A DNA stretch of 64,000 bases, from positions 21,779,365 to 21,843,364 of the forward strand of contig NC_092678.1 of NCBI RefSeq assembly GCF_964355755.1. Reading direction: 5' to 3'. The notes beneath the pieces are model-generated. The model did not search any database. It was not told where the DNA came from and was given only the letters and a program-made list of their open reading frames with translations. The position numbers were made by a program, and so were the translations under genes. This document shows, piece by piece, positions 47,101 to 59,100 of this stretch. Source of the stretch: Antedon mediterranea (lineage: Eukaryota; Animalia; Echinodermata). The first letter of the stretch is position 1. Every line of letters begins with the position of its first letter.

Positions 47101-50100
47101 AACGACATTTTATTGGGTACCGAAGGTGTCCCTTTGATAGGGATGCTACGGTTGTTTTCGTAGTTATACTGTAGGCATGGCAATACAACAGATATACTAC
47201 ATTTACAGCTTCAGATATCTTGTCAAAATGATTCTACTGCAGTTAATGCAGTAATTGACATATTTTACTGCAAGAATGTATCAGGTTATTTTGTTTCAAT
47301 GTAGAAATTTACGATTACGCAAATAATTCTCACTAAAATTCCCATAATCAGCTTCAAGATTATACACATTGTAGCAAAAACTGCAGTGGAACAATTTCAA
47401 AATGCTCTTCAGGTCTTACTTGTAAATCTCTGTTATGGTTTTCACATAATAGTTGTAGGAAGCGCAGTATAGGCTGCATTATCTTGATCTCTGGGCTCAT
47501 GTCACGGTCTTCATCTTTGCCTTTTTCTACCATGTCGATAGCTGTACCCCCTCCACCACCACCTTCATCATCCCGTCCCTTACGGACTGCATCAAAGGCT
47601 TTGCTGGTATGGAGCGCTGCATCAGCTAGCTGCTCTTTTAATTCTTCGCTGATACCACCATTTGGCATGCGAGCTAAAAGAAATAAAAAAATATTATTAA
47701 ATTACATTTGCTTATGCTTATGGCAATGTTCATTAAACAATATATAATTTGGGTTACTTTCGTTTATTTTCCATTAAACTATATTTCAATCCAATAATAT
47801 GGCACATCTCATTTTTTGTCACCTAATTGTTCCTAGGTCATATGGAAAGCACCCTATTTTTTAAAACTTGTCTGAAGGTTATAACAATTACGATGGTCAT
47901 TTTAAAGTTAAAAAACATAGTCTACTTATTTCTTTCATTTTTTTAACAACTTTACAAAGAGCAATGCTTAAAAAATCTTACATTTCTTTAACCGCCCTGA
48001 TGAAATATCCTTGGTATTCCCATCACAATCTGCACCCTTTGTTCCAATACCTTCTCCTGTGTTAACTGTTCCCGTTGCTTTAATTTCTGTTTGTGCTTCA
48101 CGCATTTTCTCGTAAAACACTTTGTAGAACTTGTCCGAATCATTATCTCGCGTTAAGCGGTTGTATATTGATTGCTAAACAAAACATGGAAAATCGTGTA
48201 CAAAGTGGTATAAAACATGTATATAAATATATACATATATAAACAGTACAATACTGAATACTGAAATGCTTTATTTGTCCATCATCATAAAATAACAACA
48301 GAAATTCTTATTGAACATTGACAATTATTAGTACAATAATAAATAGATATACAATATAATATATTATATACACACACACAATTGCACAAAAAATATAACT
48401 TATGAAACACGGTGTAAAAATGACTAGGTATTAAAATTAAGAAGGATTCAGGAGATTAAAATACTTTAAAACAGCTTTAAAAGGATTAAACCATTAGAAT
48501 GTTCCTAAAACCTTTACAATTTATAAATTGCTAAAATTTCAAATAGCCTAAAAATGTTTAAAATGTTTAAAAATATTTAAAACATAAAAACATTTATAAA
48601 TTAAAAAAATTTACTTTTTAAAAGTTTCATTGGTTACATAGTCTTGTATTACATAATGTCTATTAAAGGAGACACCCAATACAACAAAGTGTCACCATTT
48701 CCTCTTCTTTGAAAGCGTTCTCTAGAGGAGATCTATAACTGCATTACATGGTGACTCTGTATTGAGCCTACCAAACAATTTCATGATACAGGATTCACAT
48801 GTGACACAAATGTTAAGCTGTATCATGGAATTTGTCTATGATACTGTGTACCATACTAACCTGTATTTTAATATTCCCTCCTTCTAGAAGCGCAATACCA
48901 AGTTCAACACTTTCCTGAAACACTTTCGTACTAGAGTTATTGATAACCAAGTCTATGACCAAATCTGACGCGCCTTGCTCGTCTAATTGGTTTTGGACTT
49001 GGGACATTGACATCTCCGCACGGCTCAACACCATCGTACCATGATTCGTGTTCAATTGAGTTTGCTTCATCTGCGTGCCGCTACTGTCCTTCCGTGATGA
49101 GCCTTCCTTCTGGTAACGGGGATTTGCTTTTCCATAATAACGGAACAACAAACTCTGACGTAGTTTCTCCCCCTATTCAGAAACCGATAACATAATTATT
49201 TTTATAACACTCTTTGAAAATATTATTTTCTCAACATTTTCTAATAATAAAATTGAAATAATGTTGTGATAATTGTGTAAAGAATAAAAAAAGGAAGTGA
49301 AATGTGTGTACAAATGTGTATAAATGTTTTAAGCTAAAATAAATAGTGCATAGCCCATGATGAATAGCAACAAATACAATCTTTGACACCCAGGGGTTTC
49401 CACCCTTTTTTCACTCACTTAGGGGGTTTTACTGTATCACTGTATATTCAAAATATATCAAATGTCATAAAATGTTAACATATATTGTACTATTTTTACT
49501 TCCAATTACTTACATAAAATGTACCTTTTTAACAATTCAACATTCTACAACAATGTTTAATTAAACAAAAACTTACAGAAACATATATGTATATCAAGAA
49601 TGTCTGATAAATGTATTAGTAATTTTAATCAACCATTTCTATAACCAGTAATATAATTCAATACGAAATATGGATTGATAGTCTCCAAATTTGTCACTAA
49701 ATCCCAGTTTTAACTATAGTTCACCACAGACAAAAAAACACACACCATCAATCGACCTTAACCAACAAAGCATATATTATTACTATTATATTTATATTGT
49801 ATCCCTTCAATTAAAAACCATTTCCAGGACCACCATGACATTTTTGTTTCGACAAAATTATTAATATTGTTTAAGTCTGCATGATAAATAAACAGAATGA
49901 AACAATAATTTAATATTCCATTTGTGTAACTACAAGATGCAGTTACCATTGGATTGATTATAATTGGTTTTGAATTGAATGTGTTTTAAACTAAAATAGG
50001 TCTTTTTTAGGTGGGTCTTTTTTGGGTGGAGTCTTTTTTGGGTGGAGTCTTTTTTGGGTGGAGTCTTTTTTGGGTGGGATCTTTTTTGTTATGTTGTTTG

Positions 50101-53100
50101 GCTTCTGGGTTCTTTTGTAAAACAGGTGTAGAAGATGTAGATGAGTCTAGCTTATGTGATTTTCCAATTGAGGTAGCCATCTCTGCAATTTGTTCATTAA
50201 ATGGAAATATTTGAAAGATCTTTAAAATAGTGACAGAACCATGATACAGAATTGCAATATACTTAAGTATAGTACTTTAGGCTTGCAGGTTCTCAAAAAA
50301 ACATAAACACAATGCAAATAATGTGACCAATCACATGCGTTTCAACATCCGATCTGTCACTTGTGATTGGTCAAACACCTTGCCTTGTATACATCTAATT
50401 TACTTTTAGTGAACACACCTTAAAAAAGAAAAACAAATATTTTCAACAAGCAAACAATATCAAGATGCTTACAATGTCACAAGGGTATTAAAACAGAAAG
50501 ACACAATTTGGATATAGGAAGGTATCACATGTGATAAGGGAAGAATTATAACTACTACTACTACTAAAATACATAAAGTAATGATATTCTACAACTTTCT
50601 TTTTTCTATTTCAACAAGAATAACAGCTAAAGAATAAAGAAACACTAAAACTACTTTTGATAAAGCTGGTGAAAATAGCGACGTTTATCATAATGAAGAT
50701 AAATTTCACACAAATGATTACATTTATAAATAACGTACCCGCAAGGCATCCTCCTGTTGCTTTTTACTCATAAATTGTGGGTTTATGTCGGTCTGTGAAT
50801 GCATGCAAATATATTAATATAAAAAATATGTAAAAATGACAGAAAAATATGAATAAAATGTATGTTTATTAATATAAAGGACTGGAACTTCCATAGGTTG
50901 GTTTAGTTGGCCATGAATACATGATGTCATGGAGAAATAGGAATAAAAAAGATAATTTTTTCTTAAATTAAAAACACAAGCATAGATGTTGCAAATATTT
51001 TAATTTGAATAAAAAATGATCAAGCACATTAGCATTGATTTGATAATAATTGATGATAATTCTTAATATTTCATTAACCCAATTACAATTCACATTTTGA
51101 AATCATATGATAAAAGGTTATAGCCCAAGCCAACCCCATCTGGTCTAGATGTGGAATACACAAATTGCCATACTACAATTCAATGGTATTAAACTAGAAC
51201 TACGTACAAGCCAACACCAATTGGTGATACAATGGACCTATAAATTACACATGGTCATACCACAATTGACTGGTATTAAGCTGGTACCACAAACCAACAC
51301 TAAATGGTCAGACCACAATTGAACACACGATTTCCATACCACACAATGGTTTTACCACAAGCTATTGCAAGGTGGCCACACCCAAGCTAACCCCCATAAT
51401 CCACACACCAAGCTATGCCCAGGTGAAGTTATCTTACCCTCATAAGGCTTACAGGCATCTGACGATGCCTTGCCATGCCAAACTCATCATCCTCTTCCTT
51501 TAGGTTAGAGTAGAGAGAAAATAAAATTGTTGGTAAACATCTGAAGCCTTAATATGTTTATTTTCAATATTACAGCTAATAAAATTTGTTTTCATCGAGT
51601 GATGAGTACAAACATATCTATTTTGCTCTTTATGATGTGAAACTGTAAACAATTATATATTCAAAATGTATTTTTGTTTTTATGTGACGAAAATGTAATG
51701 TGCCCATATATGGACATGATAACACCATTGGGCATATCACTACTATATTTGGGTACATCACAGTTTGTTTTGATAGTGTAGACAGCGCTTTAGTGAATCG
51801 TCAAACAACTAAATATTCTAAGCTTTACCCAACATGCATTTGCTAACACGCTTTAATATAATGTTATGTTAATATTACAAGCACTACCATGCATTATGGG
51901 TAATCCTAAAAATGTTCACATCACTGGAATAGCTGTAATAGTTTCAACAATAACAGAACATTTCATTGCTAAAATACTATCATATATTTTGTCAACTATC
52001 AGGTATTCACTGTGGTCACACTGAATAAGGACAATTAAGAGCATTGTATGCACTTGTGAGAGACAACACAACCCCAACCAAGACTTGAACATGGAATCTT
52101 GTTTGATATATAGACATCCATACCATTGGACCACTAGTGCCTTTAATATATTCGTATCATTTCAATTTTTTAATAGTATGTATGTTTTGCAATGTAAAGT
52201 TTTAAAATTAGCAGCACTAATAAATAGACATTTTCTAGAAATTGATTATTCATGACCTGATGATGAATATTCATATTTGTACTGACCTTCTCCTTGTATT
52301 CGATATCTCTGGACATCATTTCCCTAAGAGTCTGTAGTACTTTGATGCATAGATGTCGTTCCTTCTCCTCTTGTAGTTTCTCTGTGTGCTTGATTAACCT
52401 AAAAAAATAAATACAATTCAATAAACCTGCTGTTTCCAGCTTCAATTTATATTGAATGGTAGGAGGCTACGCCAGCCAAAAATGCAGTGCTCAATTTTGA
52501 CTGTGGAGTACAACGTTGGTTGGTTTTCTAACGCCAAACAGTCACCAGCCTTTTGTTTTCACAATGTTTACACAAGCAATATAACAATTTAATAGAACTT
52601 TTAGTGACATGCAGTAGAATTAATACCAAACATGTTTATTTCAACAAAGTTTATAGAGGCCGACCCTTTCAGTTCCTTTGCAGGGGAGCTGATATCCAGG
52701 GGCCTAAAATACATATATCAAACCCATCATATGCCAACATGCCAATACTAAAATATAGTATAGTTGATGATGATCTTGACTAATAAAAACGAAAGCAAAT
52801 GCGAGAACAATAACAAACATTAAATCTTACTTGGAGATAAAGCCCCCACTTTCACAGCGTTGTCGTGCCTCCGAGTGAGTTGGAAAGAGCAGCTCTGGTC
52901 TATGAAGGACATCTACTAAGACTGACGACTCTGCTTGCACCAGCGGGTGCAATTGTTCTTCCAAAAGACAAACAATATCCTGGAAAAGAATATATCAATA
53001 TCAAATATGGTAGTGATATGCCCAACTATGGTAGTGATATGAATTTAGATTGAAATAGGGGCGCTGCTCCACAACTAGCAAAGCTACTCCTAGCAACCAC

Positions 53101-56100
53101 TAACATCTAGTCAATGCCAGATAAAGATTTGTTGACATTCGCACACGTACGTATTTATTAATGGCTTAACATAAAAAAGTATATACATATTCTTGTTGCT
53201 GATTGCAGTAGTAAATATATGATGAAGAATATCAAATTTGGTTACACCATTTACTAGTCCCCTCCTCATCTGCACCCATTACTGAGAAAACTATACATTT
53301 ACTGTTGAGACTAGTTACCTGTAGCCCTTCTATGATGTTGCGATAGTCTCGGGACACCGGTATCATTGAGTCCCGTTTCATGCGGCCTTGACTCATCCAC
53401 AGTCGCGTATGTTTCTTAACAATACTAGCAGATTTAAATATGCTATTGATCTGACTATCTAGATCCACTGGTATTGCAATTCCACGATTCTTCGCTGAAA
53501 AATATAAAGAGTTATAAGAGAAAAATTATAATTGCTTATTTTCAATTATAATTATTACATTTCATACTTGTCCTAGCATGTATCAAATAAATATCTGTCA
53601 TGGGCTTGATAACATTTCAGCTTTCACTCATAGCATCAACTTCTCAAAAGTGTGTTTCTTCCTGGTGTTATATCCAAGTCATATGCCATCCTTCAATGTC
53701 ACAGACCTCTCTTTGGTTGGTGTTCCAACCTTCATCTTTTTTGTTTCTATGGTTAATGCCAACCGTAATTTCATATTCCTACAATTTATTTGGTTGGATA
53801 AAAATTATGTTTCTTGTTTCTAGTGCTTGATTCCCACTAGGACGCAACGCAAGGACGTCAGCGCAACGCAAGGACGTCACCACAACGCTAGTAATGACCA
53901 ATCACAAGCGATGGATTATTCGAACAGTCGCTTGTCATTGGTCAACTTTCTTGCATTGCGCTTACATCCTTGCGTTATGTCCTAATGGGAACTTAACAAG
54001 AGGCCTTGTTCAAACCCAATACTCACCTATGTCTGTCAAGGTTTTGATGCACGTTTCAACTTGGCACTTTTGGTGGCCAGACAACCAATCACATTGCGAC
54101 ACTCTAAAAACACTCTGTAACAACTTCACAAAGATCGGTTGTCGAGTCTACAACAGAGAAACAATGAAACAATAAAAATATTTAAAATGTACACATGCAA
54201 TTTAACACATTTAAAAAGAGGTATGTGAGCAACATACAGTACAGTACTACAATACAACATTTCTTGTTTGTAAACTAAGAGATGTTATGACAGCTTCCTA
54301 TTTGTGATGACCAATGATCTATGTGTTCTTGCTTCATTGGTTGTCACCTGAACCCAAGAATATATATCACAAGAATGAGTATTCCGCGATTTTTGCACGA
54401 GAAATTTGTAACAGAGAGCTCCAGTGAGTGATGCCCGCCCTCATAAGGGCGGATGTATACATACTAAATAAGACTTGATTTAATCAGGGAGATGTAAAAT
54501 AATATATAATATTTTACATCTCCCTGATTTAATAGACATGATACATTAAATAGAATTATGATGATAGTTTTTGCAATTGTAAACTATTTTATAATACATA
54601 TTTATTAACAAACTAGTGTTTATTCACTTTTACAGACAATTATTTACTAACATGCTAAGTTAGTTCACAAAAAAGGCCTAAAGCTCAGTTCCCACCATCG
54701 GGTTTGTTCTTCCGTCTTCCAAAGGGACTTGTATTGATTGATAGGACATCAGGAGAAGAGTGTTGCAATCCCACAGTCATTTCTTCACTTGGTCACTAAT
54801 GACCTACTTTTTGAATAGAATGTCATAAGCTTGCAATTTAGGGACAATCTTTGTATATTGTAGGTATTCAAGGATTGACCTTGTCAACCATTGTGTAAAT
54901 ACTTTCTCTGCTCTCTGCTTTGCTATTCTATTTAGTTATCCGCACTTGGCGGATAACTCCTTGTTATTGTATGGGATCAATATTTTTTTCTGTATTATTC
55001 TTCTTTCTTTCTCGCTATTTTTGTGTAGAGCGTTTCTCTAAAATGTGTAAACATAACATTTCATAACTTTGACAACATGTGGGCATTTACGTGAACTTGT
55101 GCACCTCCTATTTTTTAATGACGTCAGAGTTGTGCAACGTGACTTACGTGCGATTTTATGAATTTCGCGTATTTAACATAGATCGAAAACCATAAAAGAT
55201 TTTAAACTGAAACTTTGCAAAAGTTTAATTTGTGTCATGCGCTAACTTTCTGTGAAAAAAAAATTGCGTGTTTTACACAAAGTTACGCGTGCACGCGCAT
55301 TTAAAATTTTAAAATGCGCAAAATTAATTTCTATTCAATTTTCTACGAGTTTCATGTCATTTTAAGCATGTCAAAAATTCCCACGCGTGCGCAAATTTTT
55401 ACGTGTGTGGTGCGCACGTAGCATTAAAAACATATTTTTTTCGCGTGATTTATATTTGTCCAGCCTTTTCTAGTAATTTTACCAACTTTTAAACAATTTC
55501 GACTTAAAGTTACGTCATACGAGCACGTCGAATTGGACAATTTGCGCGCGTTTTTGATGAAAAAGTTCAAAAATTTGTCAAAATTATGCCTTTTTTTAAA
55601 CAGTCATAATTTCTAAACTACACGATCAACTTTTTGTGGATGACAAATTCTGGAAGTTGATGAGTTGTAGATATCGGATCATGTATTTTTATGGCTAACC
55701 GGACATTGTGACGTCATCGTATGGCCACGTGAATATAAAATTTAGGATTTTTGTATCTTTCGTCATAGCTCATCACAACGCATCGCCACTTATCAGTTTT
55801 CCATTTTCACGCCGATTTTAATATTGTCTAGGTAAATCAACTATCTTTCGCACAAGTTAAAAATATTTAAATTTTTATGAGGTCATCATGCCTAAAAATT
55901 TTAATTACGTGGGTCATTAATTTCATCTTTACAGTAAATTTTTATCTGTTGTAGCTCGTAAGAATAAAATGTGATAATCACGATTAAAACATTTTCTGGA
56001 AGCTATTGGATTGTAGATACGAAATCCTGTGAACATTTTGCCAATCGCATGTTGTGACGTCATCATATGGCCAGTTAAATAAAAAATGTCGTATTTTCAT

Positions 56101-59100
56101 ATTTTGCGTCATCATTCATTACATTTAAAAGAACGCGCATCAATATTTCACGTATTCAAATTTCTTCTACACGTTAATATGTTGTTACTGAGATAATTTC
56201 CTCCCGAAATTGCTATCTTAGTGTTTCATTTTGATACCGTAACCATGTTAAAAATTTGAATAAATTGCGGGTTCCGTAATTTCACCTATTCTACACTGTA
56301 TGTAATATGTATGCAGATTTTACTGTTTGCATGTATATACTATATGACACAAAATAGACTGAATTCAGCACTAAAAACGTATGATATTCTTCAGTTCAGG
56401 TCATAATGCCATAATCTTTATCAGTGTGCAATATTCCAACGTATGACGTGCACGTGGCGTTTGTCGTGCGGATAACTAACTCGTCAAAGTGACGAGTTTC
56501 ATGTCTAGTTATCATTTAGAATTCAATTGTGATATTGTATATTCTTAATACAAATCGAAATGGATTTAGTGTTACTTCCGAAAGTTTTGATCATTTTGTA
56601 TATGGTAAGAGAACTAAATAAACGATTGCAAAAGAAACGCAGTGTGTGGGTGAAACCATGGATACAGCGGCGAAAATCCCATGGAGCATACCATGATTTA
56701 ATAAAGGAACTGGAAGTAGAAGACATAGAAAAATATAATAATTTTATCTATAATTATATATAAATATATAATATATTATGACTTTTAATAACACTTTATA
56801 ATCTTTGTATTCCATTCAACTCCTAACTAAAGTTATTTCAGGTATCTATAATCAAAAGATATATAGTGAACTATATTATATCTCTCTGCTACAATATTCA
56901 GATGTTGATCCCTACCAAGCCAATTCCTGCCCATCTGATTGGCTATTGGTGTAAAAAACTGGTGTCAGTTTCGTTAATAATAGGACATGCACTAAAACTT
57001 ATAAGTCACTATTTTCTCTCTTTTATACACAAGGGAGCAGTTAAAATAATAGATTTGACCCTAAAGGTGACTGGAAACAGGCACTTTCCATCAATCAATA
57101 CAGTGTCCCTTTGGAAGACGGAAGAAAAAAACCGATCGTGGGAACTGAGCTTAACACAGCAACACCAAAAATCAACGAATATTACTCAGCACGGCCTATT
57201 CTTTACCATTGCCGTGTACTACTGTACGCCCGGTAAATTAAGTATTGTTTTTATGATATAAATTAGTATAAAACACATATTATTAATAGGAGAAAATGTT
57301 AAATGTCATTAACATTTATTTGTTTTACCAGAAACCAGTTAAATATAGGAATATTATTAAACTATCCTTCGTGAAAACGCGTAAACACCAACACGCCCGG
57401 TCACGCTATCGTAGCGCCCGGTTGATAAATCAAACTGTTTATACGGCAGTTTTTACTAAAAAAATTGCATAAAACGAACAATTAAATATTCAAATAGTAT
57501 TTAACATGATGTTGGCATGTAGTTGATAACATTTTTATCATCGGAAAATACTCCGGTGGTCCAGCATTTGATTAGTGAAACCTTCACAAAAAGTTGTATA
57601 CATCCCAGATACATCCACACTTATGGCGGCGCCCTACCACATGGACAATATTACTGTTACAGGGAAAATCGCGGATTACTCATTCTTGTGATATATATTC
57701 TTTGCCTGAACCCACAAACCATCAATAAAGTGTCAAGGAATAGGGCAAAGAAGCCTGTCTCAACCCACAAACCATCAATAAAGTGTCAAGGAATAGGGCA
57801 AAGAAGCCTGTCTCAACCCACAAACCATCAATAAAGTGTCAAGGAATAGGGCAAAGAAGCCTGTCTCAACCCACAAACCATCAATAAAGTGTCAAGGAAT
57901 AGGGCAAAGAAGCCTGTCTCAAGTGACTGGTAAATACGGCCACTGACATGCACACAATCACATGATATATTTTGTTCCTAAGATCGTCACTATTCCAAAT
58001 ATCTATATTACAGTAAACACTTGACTTGTATCTCACCTGTACAGTGGTTGTTTGATCATAGAAGGGTGAGCTAAAGAATTGAGTTATAATGCTGCATACT
58101 GTCTCCGTTATGTACTTTTCTAACATGATGTCCGCATGCTTGCGATCATGGGTTGCGTTACATACCTACAGAAGAGATAAACCCAACAGATAAAAAATAC
58201 ACTATGGTTGGTGTCTGTCTACACAATGAAATTGGTTTGACAACAAAAGTGTGATGTGCCCAAATATGGTAGTAATATGACATCATTATGTCCACACTTT
58301 TTTTTTTCACATATTGTTTGATAGTGATTTAGACTGAGCTTTACAGTGCTGTGCTTCAATACATATATCTATTTCTGAGATGGACTACCAACATTTTCAT
58401 GACTACTTTAATATAACTTTTTACAAAAGCATAAAACAATTCCAATTACATTTAATTATAAGATAATAATGGTATACTCCAAGAAGGTCAAGGTGGCTGA
58501 AAACTGAACCTGACCAAAAGTTATTTTATTTATTTTATTTTATTTTATTCAGTTGTCAACCAACAGCGATGAAACCGACACTAACAGGTTGTTTACCTTA
58601 GTTAGCAACAAAGGGCCTAACAGTAAAGGCAAGATAATACATTTATACATTATTAGTATGTCTTTTTTTCATATCAACAAGAATGGTCAGAAATTGCACC
58701 TTTTGAGTTAAGATGACTGAATATATCAGGAAACTCCTGCGATTAAGGGGAGAGTTGGGAAGTCTGTATATTACAGTTGCTCCACTATAAACAATGTTAG
58801 TTTATGTTTGTAACAATCAGGTCTTACCATAGCCATGTCCACTAGAAAGTTTTCAAACAGCTTCCACATGTGATGACTAGTGTAAATTTCTTTCATCTCA
58901 ACTTCTGTGTCAACGTAACAATGATTCAGAAAATATATATACGCATTTTTCACCTTTAAGAAAAACACATTTTGTTGTCAGAGGGACAGGGGTAGGGAGA
59001 AATATGTAGTGGATTAGCTGTGTGTATGATTTGCGGACAAAGGTCATTGCAATAAATGTGTATTGTAGTCTTTTTTTAAGATAGTTTGAGAACCAGTTTA

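Larger units (their letters stand above)
54682..57151 (+). mobile_element. Internally deleted PIF/Harbinger transposon
   Basis: ~60-bp TIR agctcagttcccac...ttccgtcttccaaagggac and TAA TSD. It retains the transposase N-terminus at 56560-56763. Confidence 0.88.
54355..57704. mobile_element. Non-autonomous DNA transposon with P-element-like ends (outer layer of nest)
   Basis: ~38-bp TIR caagaatatatatcacaagaatgagta.tccgcgattt and perfect 8-bp TSD cctgaacc (54347-54354, 57705-57712). Confidence 0.85.

Noticed and set aside
58910-59050. Apparent RT-ITPR fusion ORF
   Set aside because: The RT frame reads through intron sequence and overlaps the ITPR exon out of frame.
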